From: a virus
Direction: 5' to 3' (one strand)
IMG/VR virus record: IMGVR_UViG_3300028584_001238
DNA: 64,000 nt
Shown here: positions 49,867 to 60,377 of the stretch, piece after piece
Numbering within the stretch: position 1 is the stretch's first letter
Layout: each line of letters begins with the position of its first letter
The notes under the pieces: generated by a model
The model's database searches: none
What the model was told of the DNA's origin: nothing
Seen by the model: the letters and a program-made list of their open reading frames with translations, nothing else
Position numbers and translations under genes: made by a program

Positions 49867-51072
49867 CTAATAATTAGACATTTCAAGTGTTTTAAAATGA
49901 AGATCAGTCACATCTTCTGGTTTGATGTCTAATGTCTTGCTCACATGAGTAATAAACTTATCATAACAAACTTCATAAGCCGCTTCAAAAGAAGGTAGAT
50001 TCAATGAAGTGTATTCGTCTTCAATATAAATCCCTACGGAAATATAAGCACCAATCGTAATACTGTGTCGTCCAGTTATAAAAGTGAAAGGGCAACGCTC
50101 TGTAATCAAATTAAAAATAGTTTTCTTACTGTTGTTTGAACGAACAATCTGAATTTTTGTATCCTTTTGATTAGGATAGCAACTGTCAGACAGACGCATC
50201 AATTCTAGTATTTTTTTCAAATAATCAAGTTCTGATGGTCTTAGAGCAACTTTAAATAAATGGTCTAACAAATAAACCGATTCATTGTGAATAGTAATCT
50301 GAGTTTCGGATAGTTTTGCAACACTCATAATATTCTTTTCAACAGTAAAATTACCAATCACACACAATTCATCTTTATTAAAGACATGTTCGTTACTTAT
50401 GCGATCTTCAAACACCCTAAATTTATTATATTTTTTAATGTGCATGGCAAAGTCCATATCACTTTCATGCGTAAAGGTATGATTATAACGCATTGTTGAG
50501 AAAGCAAAGTTGGTTTGATTGGCAGCCACTGCATTAACAATATTATTATCAACAATCAATGAATGATTCATGAAGATGTCCTTAAACATAGCATCAAACG
50601 CACTCAGTATAGCCATATGAAGCTCATCGTAAGTCATTGCTAACATACATCTATCTTTATTAAACTTGTCATTAATCTGGAAGATCCATTCATTATAGCG
50701 ATAGGCAATAGAGAAGCATTTAAACTTCATCAGAAATGAATCGTCTCGTTTGTGCATAGAGACTGTTGTGACAGGATCTTTCATAGCGTCCAATAAAGGG
50801 TCATAAGGGAATAATCGAAGATAAAATTGAAGAGCCGAATCAATCATTTTAATTTCTGAATCCGTAAAGTCAGAAAACATAAACCGTAAGCTTTCTTGAA
50901 AGCTTGGAAAAATAATAGATAAGGTATCATAACGTGAGCTAGCAAAATATTGAGTTGAAAAACTCATATCACCAACATCACGCACTGGTTCCATTCGTTT
51001 GAAGTTAAATGAATCAATATAGGGAGCCAAATGGATAACATTAGCCAACGTATCAATGCGTGAATGGGACAT
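49867..51072 (-). CDS. hypothetical protein with C-terminal MxxY tag
   Basis: 401 aa; ends TLEMSNY. Confidence 0.8.
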   Translation of the reverse strand: MSHSRIDTLANVIHLAPYIDSFNFKRMEPVRDVGDMSFSTQYFASSRYDTLSIIFPSFQESLRFMFSDFTDSEIKMIDSALQFYLRLFPYDPLLDAMKDPVTTVSMHKRDDSFLMKFKCFSIAYRYNEWIFQINDKFNKDRCMLAMTYDELHMAILSAFDAMFKDIFMNHSLIVDNNIVNAVAANQTNFAFSTMRYNHTFTHESDMDFAMHIKKYNKFRVFEDRISNEHVFNKDELCVIGNFTVEKNIMSVAKLSETQITIHNESVYLLDHLFKVALRPSELDYLKKILELMRLSDSCYPNQKDTKIQIVRSNNSKKTIFNLITERCPFTFITGRHSITIGAYISVGIYIEDEYTSLNLPSFEAAYEVCYDKFITHVSKTLDIKPEDVTDLHFKTLEMSNY

Positions 51073-51135
51073 ATTGAAAAACCTTCCTTAAAATTTATCG
51101 TTAATTATAGCATAAAAAAGGACTCATTTCAATAA

Positions 51136-51912
51136 TTAATAAATTTCCATCTCATAGACTTTCAATTCATCCAAAAAAACTTCTTTGTGTGGACTGTTCA
51201 AAATCATATCAAATAAGTGGCGGCTTTTTTTAAATAATTTAAGTGATGAAAAATTGATGGGTATCTTGACAAAAGAATTTAAAAAATAGGATTTACCTGA
51301 ATATAATAAATTAACAAAATCAATATACAAATATTCGAATTCAATATCATCAAAGGTATCTACTGTTAATTTAATTGTTCCTCTATTACAATATCTAACA
51401 TAATGTTGATTAGTTATTAAATGATCCGAGAAATAATAAAATAAATCTAATTTAAAATTGAACTTATGATCAAACAAAAAAACACCTGACATATCAATAA
51501 TATAATCAGAATTTGATTCTGATGGATTAAAAGTCAAAGCTATTCCGTTGTAGTTTGACTTAAATAAATGTAAAAAGGTGATAATATTTTTATCAACTAT
51601 TCGCATTGTTGGATAAGAAAGACTATTAAAAACACCATCGTCATCAAAATTAACATAAACGTACATTGAAACATTAATATCATCAAGACGATAATATAAT
51701 GCAATACCTAATTTTTGTTTTTCTGTAAAATCGTAGATAGTCGTTCTATGATCAGAAAAATGAAGACAATTATTAAGATGTTCAAATGTTATCAACGAAT
51801 TATTGTTGATTAGTGATAGTTTTTTTACAATAACATTTTTAAAGTACATGCATTGCTCCGCACTTAGCGAAACCATGCTTTTGCTTTTTTCATAAGTTTC
51901 AAACAGTGACAT
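51136..51912 (-). CDS. hypothetical protein with C-terminal MxxY tag (NNN family)
   Basis: KLSLINNNSLITFEHL; ends VYEMEIY. Confidence 0.8.
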   Translation of the reverse strand: MSLFETYEKSKSMVSLSAEQCMYFKNVIVKKLSLINNNSLITFEHLNNCLHFSDHRTTIYDFTEKQKLGIALYYRLDDINVSMYVYVNFDDDGVFNSLSYPTMRIVDKNIITFLHLFKSNYNGIALTFNPSESNSDYIIDMSGVFLFDHKFNFKLDLFYYFSDHLITNQHYVRYCNRGTIKLTVDTFDDIEFEYLYIDFVNLLYSGKSYFLNSFVKIPINFSSLKLFKKSRHLFDMILNSPHKEVFLDELKVYEMEIY

Positions 51913-51915
51913 AAG

Positions 51916-52116
51916 TTAAGCGGCAGCTTCTGTTTTTTGAAGGATTTTTTGAAGTTTTTTCATTTCTTTGAAAGCGATTTTACGAGCGACTTTGAAAGTC
52001 TCAATGCAGCTTTCTTTCTTTTCACGAGCAATCAGTTCGTCAATCTTAGTGATCTCGACTGTTTTTTCGTCAAGTTGGCAGGTGATTTTGGACACATCAA
52101 TGGTTTGCTTTGGCAT
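51916..52116 (-). CDS. small coiled-coil protein
   Basis: 66 aa; GAGG RBS and TGGTATAAT. Confidence 0.65.
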   Translation of the reverse strand: MPKQTIDVSKITCQLDEKTVEITKIDELIAREKKESCIETFKVARKIAFKEMKKLQKILQKTEAAA

Positions 52117-52295
52117 GGTTAAACCCTCGTTGTTTTCGATAAGTCCATTATACCATAAAAATATTGAGTGTAAAAGAAAAAATCAATGCAAAACAGATAA
52201 AAAAGACATGATTTTGTTATAAAAATACTTTGACTTATATACTTATTTTGAGTATGATTAGGAGCTAACTATTTTTATTCAACAGGAGAATCCTT

Positions 52296-52682
52296 ATGAG
52301 CGTAAACAAAACCGATATTTTAATCCTAGGTGTTCCACTCACCCATGCACAAGCGACGGCTTTGTATAAAGACATTTATGGAAATGACAACTATGATGAA
52401 GAGAATGAAGACAATGAGGTCTTTATGTTTACAGACAGTCAGAACATGTATAGAGAAGTGGGTTATGTCTACGATGAAGATAAATCAATCCCACATTTTC
52501 TGGGTGTGGCGATTACCGAAGATCGAAACGAAATTAAGCAGTATCTCAACAAATCATCAGATACCACAGAGACATTGATGGAAACATTGGAAATCTACAA
52601 GGAGTTTGCTATCCCATTGCTTGAAAAATATGGTGTGGTCAGTAAAGAACCGACGCTGACGATTGTGTCTCAAATCGGGTAA
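52296..52682 (+). CDS. acidic hypothetical protein
   Basis: AGGAG RBS; promoter TTGACT-N17-TATGAT. Confidence 0.8.
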   Translation: MSVNKTDILILGVPLTHAQATALYKDIYGNDNYDEENEDNEVFMFTDSQNMYREVGYVYDEDKSIPHFLGVAITEDRNEIKQYLNKSSDTTETLMETLEIYKEFAIPLLEKYGVVSKEPTLTIVSQIG

Positions 52683-52735
52683 TTCTAGATAGAGATCTAA
52701 AAAGAGAACTCAGTGTTCTCTTTTTTTTGTATCAA

Positions 52736-54454
52736 TTAAATGGAGGCTTTATTGTCTGATTTTAATTTGTTACGTTCTTTTGCAATGAGTTCGTCCATTT
52801 TTAATTCTAGCTGTAAATCATCAAGGTCAGAATTATTATCAATAAACGTTTTCAATTTATCAAATAATTTTGGTAAATCTTCATATTTCATACCATCCAT
52901 GTTAACTAGGTAATTACAAGCATAGTGATGTCTATCTTTTTCTATACCAAAGTTACAAAGGAAAGGAACATTGTCAATAGACTTGTCAACAACAGCATTT
53001 ACAATATTTATTAAACGTGTTTTGTCGATACCGCCCCAAGGGGAGTCTTTATCATATGTAAACATAATAATGCTTTTATTCTTTTGTGCATAATCTACAA
53101 CAGATTGCAAAAGCTCCGTAATATGTATATCAGATAGTTGAGGATTAATAGCAACAGAATCAACCAATATTTCATTATGAATACCTTCATCAAAATAAAA
53201 ACTAGCTGACAATACAGCATCAGCAGCAAACTGATTACTAGAAATAAAACGCATTCTGTATTCACCTTCTTTTAAAATATCTGAACCATACAATTTAAAC
53301 TTTGATAAGAAGTCACGTCTATCATTGTGACTTGGCCCAAGATCGCTAATTTCTCTGACTGATTCATACATATGGAATTTATCAACTTGATGTTCTATCA
53401 CTTCCTTACGATTGACTATCTCTTTATCAGTAATGATGGATATGTCTTGAATAGAATAATTTATTTCTGGATGTTTTGCATAAACTTCCATCAACATGTC
53501 ATCGACATTAGCAAATTTTTCATCATGTTCTATAAGCTGTTCAATGGTTGGATTAGAGAGAAAACGGTCAGCCATCAAACTAAATTCAAATTTAAGATCA
53601 TCTAATTCATTATAGTCATAATAAGAAATAATTACATCACGAAGTGAATCCATTGTAAATAAAGATCCAACAAACGAATCTGTAATAAAAGGAGAATCAC
53701 TGTCTATCAAATCTTGAAAAACTTCTTCAATAAAAGTAATATGACCAAAGCCAGAAATATCAATAATTTTTGCTTGGGCTGTAGAGTTAAGTTGTTGAAA
53801 AAAATCATCAGGTGTAAAAGGGAACTCTTTTTTTGCATGAAGCAATTCATAAAGTGGATCTTGTGAGAAAAAATCAAATTTTTGACTTTTGCCATAATTT
53901 ACAGACTCAACCAGAGAAATTTGATGATGATATGAATTTTGACTGGCATTATATTTACCAGTTTCAAATGATTCATTATTTTGAGAGATTAATTCTAATG
54001 CAAGCCCTGTTGAAAGAGACGCTGAAGTTAAATGTTTAATACGGGTTATTTCATCAAAGGTATAGACATCTTTTAGATCAAATAAGCTCTCCACATTTTG
54101 TAAGTCATCATTAAATCGTCTAACCAAATCATGATCATGTTCATGTCCAAAAAAAACATCACGTATATTATTGTTTTTATCTCTATCAACAGAATAACTG
54201 GTCGTTCCATTTTTTCCTGATGGGTCAGTAATAATACGTGTCACTGTTTGAACACCATGTGTAATTGGGTGACTTTGTGATGTTGTTAAACCAAATGAAT
54301 TATCACCATACTGACTTAATAAACTGTGAGCGTAAACACGGTTTAAATCAGTTTCTTGAATAAGTTTATAAAGCCCCATTACAATAAAGTCATCAGTTTT
54401 ATTATGTTTCATTGCATATTCATTGGCTATTTTTAAATAATCATTAATTTCCAT
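52736..54454 (-). CDS. large acidic hypothetical protein with a basic C-terminal tail
   Basis: 572 aa; ends KERNKLKSDNKASI. Confidence 0.85.
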   Translation of the reverse strand: MEINDYLKIANEYAMKHNKTDDFIVMGLYKLIQETDLNRVYAHSLLSQYGDNSFGLTTSQSHPITHGVQTVTRIITDPSGKNGTTSYSVDRDKNNNIRDVFFGHEHDHDLVRRFNDDLQNVESLFDLKDVYTFDEITRIKHLTSASLSTGLALELISQNNESFETGKYNASQNSYHHQISLVESVNYGKSQKFDFFSQDPLYELLHAKKEFPFTPDDFFQQLNSTAQAKIIDISGFGHITFIEEVFQDLIDSDSPFITDSFVGSLFTMDSLRDVIISYYDYNELDDLKFEFSLMADRFLSNPTIEQLIEHDEKFANVDDMLMEVYAKHPEINYSIQDISIITDKEIVNRKEVIEHQVDKFHMYESVREISDLGPSHNDRRDFLSKFKLYGSDILKEGEYRMRFISSNQFAADAVLSASFYFDEGIHNEILVDSVAINPQLSDIHITELLQSVVDYAQKNKSIIMFTYDKDSPWGGIDKTRLINIVNAVVDKSIDNVPFLCNFGIEKDRHHYACNYLVNMDGMKYEDLPKLFDKLKTFIDNNSDLDDLQLELKMDELIAKERNKLKSDNKASI

Positions 54455-54465
54455 ATATTCCTCAG

Positions 54466-56298
54466 TTAGATACTATTATTTTTAAGTGATTTTGTTTTCT
54501 TACGTTCAATTTGTTGTAACTCAGCTTCAACTTCTTTTTTGAGGTAAATGTCTAAGTTATCTTTATAGAAATCATAATCCAAACAAATAATTTTTAATCT
54601 TAAATCTTGCATTGAAGCATGATTTATAACGGAATCATCATTCTTTTTATGAGCAGCATGAATAAGGCCATCGTCTTTTAATGTAATACCAATCATAGAC
54701 ATAGTATCACTAGATTCTTTAGTATAATCAAAAAAGAAGTATTGTCTTCTATTAGATTTAACGTAATCATCAAAATAGCTACGTTCACGAGAAATACACC
54801 AGTTATTGGTGCCTAATTTTTTACTCTCTGCGAATGTCTCAATATGAACAATACATTCATTATCAGTTAATGAGAGAGCTTTCTTATCAATAGAATCAAG
54901 TAAACTAATGGTAGAATACTTTCCAAAATCAAAAAACTTGTCATGAACATCCTTAACAAAAGCTGTAAACTCTTCTGGGGTAGTAAGCATTGCTAACTTT
55001 TTACCAATGTAATCTTGTAAAAAATCTTCTTTAAGTTTTTCATCATAAAATTTTTCAAAAAAAGGATAGGCACTATCCGTCATCAAGTGTTTATTTTTAG
55101 AACTTAATATACTGTTGGCGTATTTATAAACTTTATAGGTTTTAACAGAGTTTTCAATATAGTCGTTAATCTGCTCAAAGCCTTTATCCAGAATGCTTTT
55201 ATCAAACTTAATTTGTTTTAAGATATCATAATTGAGCAAGAATGAATTAGCTGTGGATAAAGTAATGTTAATATTATCTTGATCTTCAAGAAACTTATTT
55301 TTGAATATTTTACCAAATACAGGTTGTTTTCTAAATTTAAAATCAATTAAGTCTAAATTGAATTTAGTAATATATTGATTAAGTTCTTTACTGTTTTCTG
55401 GAATAATATGTTGGTCATTTTTATCTATGAATAAGATACTTCCATCCACAAACAATGACGCTCTTTTAATAGATTGGGATTTACTTAATTCAAGATTATA
55501 TTCCATAGCACTATCAAGCTTAGTTGTAAAGAAAGCTGTAAGTGGGCCTGTTCCATTTTTAAGAAACTGAGAATAGGTTTCTGCAAGTGAGCCATAAGCA
55601 TAAGGTTGTTCTTGACGAATCTTTTGAACAATTGACATAGTTATATCATTGAAGTCATTTTTAAGGTCAAGTAATCCATAACCACCTGTGCTGGCTAATT
55701 TGGAAAGAGAGTCAACCGTCAAATAATCCATGTTGTCAGAGTAATGTTTCATAATGTTAATCATTCTAATATTATCATTAGCTCTTGAATCAAAAGTTTG
55801 ATGAAGATCAAAAGTTTTGAAAATAGCTGTATCAATTACTCGTTTATGTTGCTCCACTTTTTTAATGGATTCAAATGCTTTCTTCTGTAGGGCTATAAAA
55901 CGATTGTGTTCTTCGGTGATGTCAACACCATGTTTTTTAGCTTCCATTAGCCATTGGTGAAAAATAATATCTGTACCTGTTTTAAACTTATTTTTGTCAA
56001 ATGGAGTGAAAACCTGCAACAAGTTTAATTTTTTTAGATCGTGAGTTAGATCATTTTTATTGAATCGGTCTGGATCATCAACAAAATCGTGAAATATCTT
56101 CATTTTTTTGACACGATGACTGATAATTCCATGACTTAAATCATCAAGATAACCATTTTGATTACCATAATTTTTTTCAAAGAATTCTTCAAAACCACCT
56201 AACGCAAAGATTTCGGAATGAAAGGCTTCTAAACTATAAATACTGTGACCTAGAGAATAAGATCTCAATCTATCGGCTAATAATATATCCATGAACAC
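54466..56298 (-). CDS. large hypothetical protein with a PcfJ-like C-terminal motif and basic tail
   Basis: SKKLGTNNWCISR...F..Y...YFFFD...IGIT; ends RKKTKSLKNNSI. Confidence 0.7.
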   Translation of the reverse strand: MFMDILLADRLRSYSLGHSIYSLEAFHSEIFALGGFEEFFEKNYGNQNGYLDDLSHGIISHRVKKMKIFHDFVDDPDRFNKNDLTHDLKKLNLLQVFTPFDKNKFKTGTDIIFHQWLMEAKKHGVDITEEHNRFIALQKKAFESIKKVEQHKRVIDTAIFKTFDLHQTFDSRANDNIRMINIMKHYSDNMDYLTVDSLSKLASTGGYGLLDLKNDFNDITMSIVQKIRQEQPYAYGSLAETYSQFLKNGTGPLTAFFTTKLDSAMEYNLELSKSQSIKRASLFVDGSILFIDKNDQHIIPENSKELNQYITKFNLDLIDFKFRKQPVFGKIFKNKFLEDQDNINITLSTANSFLLNYDILKQIKFDKSILDKGFEQINDYIENSVKTYKVYKYANSILSSKNKHLMTDSAYPFFEKFYDEKLKEDFLQDYIGKKLAMLTTPEEFTAFVKDVHDKFFDFGKYSTISLLDSIDKKALSLTDNECIVHIETFAESKKLGTNNWCISRERSYFDDYVKSNRRQYFFFDYTKESSDTMSMIGITLKDDGLIHAAHKKNDDSVINHASMQDLRLKIICLDYDFYKDNLDIYLKKEVEAELQQIERKKTKSLKNNSI

Positions 56299-56422
56299 TT
56301 TTTTTTGTTAATAATATAATTATAGCATAATTAAATAGTTTTAAAAGAAAAAAGACACCCAAGTGCCTTTTTTTATTGATTCAAAAATCAACTATAATAG
56401 CAGAGTTTTAATAAAGTTGTTT

Positions 56423-57196
56423 TCAAATTTCAATCATATTGATAACTGTATAAAAATCTTTTACATATTCAATATTATCGTATGAAATAAGATCGTATTT
56501 CAAACTATGAAAAAAGTCAGCGATATCCAGATCGCTAAAATTGTCACTGTTAAGGTGAATGGATAAGTCATAAGAAACAATAATTTTTAAGATGTAGTCA
56601 TCTAATGCCAATTGTTCATCTTTTTTTAGGTTAAACGAAAAATCTGTCAAATAATGATTGGAAACAATAGATTTTGCTCTATCAAATATTTTAAATTGGC
56701 AATCAAAGTTTTGTATCGAAAGTTCAGCAATTTCTATTTTGTTAGGGTTTGTAGTTTCAAACAAAATAAATCCATTTTCTTTCGAGTAAGGAATTGTGTA
56801 GGTAATATTCAAATAACTACGCCCCATAGAGCAACCGCCAGAAAGAAGGACATAGTTTACGGTATTGCTATCTAATTTAAAAGAGGTAATTCTTGTTGAT
56901 TTCACAGATTTTAAAAAATCCAAAGCTTTATTAATAGCTGTTTGAATTTTATCAATCCTGAACAGTTTTCGATTAATGATGTCATAAGCATCAATATAGA
57001 CCTTAAAAAGTGATGGATTGGAATGATCAAATTCATTTCCATAAAGCTCCAGCGTCAAATAAAGTGGCTGCCCTACTGTATCTCTCGCGTTTATATAGTA
57101 ACAATCATTAGAAGAAGTGATAATTTTATCACATTGAATATTGTAATAAAGATAGAGTAATTCTTTAACTTTATCTTTGAAACCTTTACTGATCAT
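56423..57196 (-). CDS. hypothetical protein with C-terminal MxxI tag
   Basis: 257 aa; ends VINMIEI. Confidence 0.8.
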   Translation of the reverse strand: MISKGFKDKVKELLYLYYNIQCDKIITSSNDCYYINARDTVGQPLYLTLELYGNEFDHSNPSLFKVYIDAYDIINRKLFRIDKIQTAINKALDFLKSVKSTRITSFKLDSNTVNYVLLSGGCSMGRSYLNITYTIPYSKENGFILFETTNPNKIEIAELSIQNFDCQFKIFDRAKSIVSNHYLTDFSFNLKKDEQLALDDYILKIIVSYDLSIHLNSDNFSDLDIADFFHSLKYDLISYDNIEYVKDFYTVINMIEI

Positions 57197-57204
57197 AATT
57201 ATCC

Positions 57205-57567
57205 TTAAGACTGTTGCTTTGTTATGTTAGGTGTGGCAGTAGTTGGTTTTTCATTATGTTTAGCAATTATCTCATCTGCTTCAGCCATTTCTTCATTGAA
57301 TTTATCATCAAGTTTTTTAATAGCAGCGTCGATGCGAGCAGTATCACCTGAATGAAAATCATCATAACATCCAGCCAAAGTCTCCTTATGTTCTTCCGAT
57401 ACCTTCTTGAAACCTTTTGCCAATGTGACAGTCATTTTGTCAATAACAGACTTAGGAACACCACCAGATGATAAAAGTTTATAAATCAAATAAGCAATAA
57501 AGCAAATAACAAAAGCTTGTAGTAAACTCATAATGTGAACTCCTAAATATGTGGATAATGTAAGCAT
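57205..57567 (-). CDS. membrane-anchored protein
   Basis: N-terminal TM segment; likely start MSLLQA after AGGAG. Confidence 0.7.
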   Translation of the reverse strand: MLTLSTYLGVHIMSLLQAFVICFIAYLIYKLLSSGGVPKSVIDKMTVTLAKGFKKVSEEHKETLAGCYDDFHSGDTARIDAAIKKLDDKFNEEMAEADEIIAKHNEKPTTATPNITKQQS

Positions 57568-57653
57568 TATATATTATCTTAAAGATTAAATCAAATTGAC
57601 AAAATCTATCTGCATAGGTAAAATGAAGGGATAATTAAAAGAGGTTAGCCATA

Positions 57654-57866
57654 ATGGAATCCATCAAGAATGCCTTCAAAGATAAGATGTTTAGAATATA
57701 TTTTGCCATCTGTTTTTTATTGTCAACGCCGTTATTCATTAAAATAGGGTTAGAAGATTTCGAAACGGGTAAAATGACATTATTGCATGGCACTGTGATG
57801 ACATTACAATATTTATTTTGCGTTTCATCACTGCCTAGTTTTTTTAGCAAACAAAGAAGTTCATAG
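57654..57866 (+). CDS. small membrane protein, tandem paralog
   Basis: SI..AFK.K.F...F..CF.LSTP.F...GKM.L.H....LQYLFC shared with the next gene. Confidence 0.8.
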   Translation: MESIKNAFKDKMFRIYFAICFLLSTPLFIKIGLEDFETGKMTLLHGTVMTLQYLFCVSSLPSFFSKQRSS

Positions 57867-57876
57867 GAGATAAAGA

Positions 57877-58095
57877 ATGTTTACATCAATCAGACAAGCC
57901 TTTAAAAGTAAAGTATTCACAGTGGCTTTTTTATTTTGTTTTGTGTTGTCAACACCTATTTTTTATAAAGTGTTGGTAGATGATATTACAGCGGGCAAAA
58001 TGGATCTTATTCATTTCATCGCCTTATCGTTACAATATTTATTCTGCATTGTAGTCATGCCAAACAAGATGGCAGAAGGCTATATGAAAGAATAA
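57877..58095 (+). CDS. small membrane protein, tandem paralog
   Basis: Paralog of 57654..57866; AGGAG RBS. Confidence 0.8.
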   Translation: MFTSIRQAFKSKVFTVAFLFCFVLSTPIFYKVLVDDITAGKMDLIHFIALSLQYLFCIVVMPNKMAEGYMKE

Positions 58096-58145
58096 TGAGA
58101 TCAAAAAAAGTGGCCTAAGCCACTTTTTTATTGTCTACAATTTAA

Positions 58146-58733
58146 TCAAAGCAGATGACCATACTTCTTCTCAGTCCAATAAGACATCACACCTTCTCGG
58201 ACACGTTCACTGGTTTCTTCAACACTGACATCAATCACATAGAATTTTGCTGCAATCTCATCCCACATAGTCTGGAATGCATTAACTTCACATTCAAACG
58301 AATGGTAAACAATAGGATAGTTGTAATGCATTTCTTTACCATCCCAACTGGGACTACCATAACTGGCTTCTGCATGGGCAACAATACGACGAACACCTTT
58401 TGGATAAATTTTCAACATGAAGCGTATTTGAACGCTCTCACATTCCAGTTGCTTGCCATTTAAAGGTTTTTTGTGGGTAAGGTTTTTGAAAACAAGACCA
58501 CGAACAGATGTTCTAGAAGCATAATCCAATTGAGAACCAACGACTGCAGACATATAAGCAAGCAGCTCATCGAAGAAATCAATGCAATCGCCATCTTTAC
58601 TAATTTTTTTAACTGCTGCTTTTTTTACTGTGTTTTTTGATTTGAAGACACCTTCATGCTTCATGATAAACAGGATTGGCAAGATAACCATAAGAGCAAA
58701 AAAAACTCCGGCTTTGACGTATGAAATTTCCAC
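58146..58733 (-). CDS. membrane-anchored hypothetical protein
   Basis: GTG start after AGGAG; N-terminal TM segment. Confidence 0.75.
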   Translation of the reverse strand: MEISYVKAGVFFALMVILPILFIMKHEGVFKSKNTVKKAAVKKISKDGDCIDFFDELLAYMSAVVGSQLDYASRTSVRGLVFKNLTHKKPLNGKQLECESVQIRFMLKIYPKGVRRIVAHAEASYGSPSWDGKEMHYNYPIVYHSFECEVNAFQTMWDEIAAKFYVIDVSVEETSERVREGVMSYWTEKKYGHLL

Positions 58734-58872
58734 TAGGATACTCCTGATTTTTTAATAGATTGATTATACCATAACAGGTTAATAATGTCATTTCTTATTT
58801 TTTTATGCTGCTGTGCATATCTTTGTAATCCGTTTCATGCTATATTATAATAAACAAATAAAGAGAATATAT

Positions 58873-59430
58873 ATGAATTCACTATTTAAAGTAAAAACGG
58901 CTGATGAAGTAGAAGATAAACTATTAAAAGTGATTGAGAAGTATGCCAAGGTTCTACAAAAAGAAGAAGCTGATCGTGGAAACATGGTTGGGCTTAATGG
59001 CATGTTATTTGCTAAAAGAGCACAAGAAAAAATAGAATCAATGGGCATTGCAATATCATCTACACAAATAGATATGTTGAGAGATTCAATAGCAACAAAA
59101 CAAACCGATAGAATGAATGAGATCGTTCAACTTATCAGTAAAAAAAGCGGATTGCCAGACAGCCCAACTGCGGGGCGTTTTAAAGAGTTGAATTTAGGTG
59201 TAAAAGGTGATTCAAGAATGCAAGATTTAGCTAATACAGCAACTAAAGGTAATTTAATGACAGAATTCCCAGCGATTGGTATACCATTAGCAATCGGATA
59301 CGCCGCCTACAAAGGTATTGCAGCACTTGTAAACAAAGCGTCTGATATGGCATATAAATCAAGTATTAATAAAGACGTATTAGCCTTGCCAGTAGCAGAA
59401 CCAAGAAAAAATAGAAACAATATTTCTTAA
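58873..59430 (+). CDS. hypothetical protein with a basic C-terminal tail
   Basis: Start moved to MNSLFK; hydrophobic Gly/Ala segment; ends PRKNRNNIS. Confidence 0.75.
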   Translation: MNSLFKVKTADEVEDKLLKVIEKYAKVLQKEEADRGNMVGLNGMLFAKRAQEKIESMGIAISSTQIDMLRDSIATKQTDRMNEIVQLISKKSGLPDSPTAGRFKELNLGVKGDSRMQDLANTATKGNLMTEFPAIGIPLAIGYAAYKGIAALVNKASDMAYKSSINKDVLALPVAEPRKNRNNIS

Positions 59431-59531
59431 TTTTAAATTCAACAACATAAAAAAGTAGCCTGTACGGGCTACTTTCGCTAGAGTAGCCTAATTAGGTTAC
59501 ATTTTGAAAAGTAACGTAAACAGGTTAAATT

Positions 59532-60284
59532 TTAAATCAATAACATTTTGAACGCATCTATCTCATCTTGCGAAAAATAATCAAAATCAATCACACGTTC
59601 ATCAAATTCTGGTTTTATTGAAGACAATATTTCCTTAGAAATGATTTTATTACCATAAAAGAAATCAGCATAGACAACTCCAAATTCATCATAAGCTATG
59701 ACAAGAGGTAAAATGCGATGTTCTTCTGGATGATTAATGTTGACATTCACGTAAAGACGCTCATGAAAGCGATAAAAAGTTTCTTTATAGGTTACTAAGT
59801 TTGCCGTTCCATCACTAATGTCATCGTATGACAGTCCGGGTTTTTTTGAAAGGTTAACATTAAGCGTAGATGACAAACCATTCTCAAATACATACGGATA
59901 ACGATTGCTTGCATAAAAAAATTTGTCAACCAATAGAAAAGTGCCATCAGGCTCTATTTGAAAATTGAGATAAACCATCAAATCACTCAGTCCTGATTCT
60001 AACACAGCCCCCTTAACAAGCTCTAAAATATAAGATTTGTCAAAACTATCCAGAAAGAAAGCTTCATTTGAAAATAACAATGAATAGAACGTGTCCAGTG
60101 TAAAATCTTTCAAATTAAATAGTTTTAAAGCTTGTCTGCGGTCGTCTATATTCAATTCTTCTCGACAAAGTGGGCGACGTTTCCTAATGACCGGGACAGA
60201 GGTGGCACCTCTAATAATATATTCAGGTGGATCTGTTGAGTTGCGGTCATTAAGAACTTGAACCATGTGTTCTATTTTATACAT
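59532..60284 (-). CDS. hypothetical protein with C-terminal MxxI tag (distant RIVPAI family)
   Basis: HRILPLVIAYD...FFYGNKII...IKP...DYFSQDEIDAFKMLLI. Confidence 0.8.
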   Translation of the reverse strand: MYKIEHMVQVLNDRNSTDPPEYIIRGATSVPVIRKRRPLCREELNIDDRRQALKLFNLKDFTLDTFYSLLFSNEAFFLDSFDKSYILELVKGAVLESGLSDLMVYLNFQIEPDGTFLLVDKFFYASNRYPYVFENGLSSTLNVNLSKKPGLSYDDISDGTANLVTYKETFYRFHERLYVNVNINHPEEHRILPLVIAYDEFGVVYADFFYGNKIISKEILSSIKPEFDERVIDFDYFSQDEIDAFKMLLI

Positions 60285-60377
60285 TATAAGTACCTTTTAA
60301 AAGACATATCATACGGCTTATTAAAAAAAAAGCAATAAAAAAGCGACCCGAAGGCCGCTTGATAAATTAAACAATCT

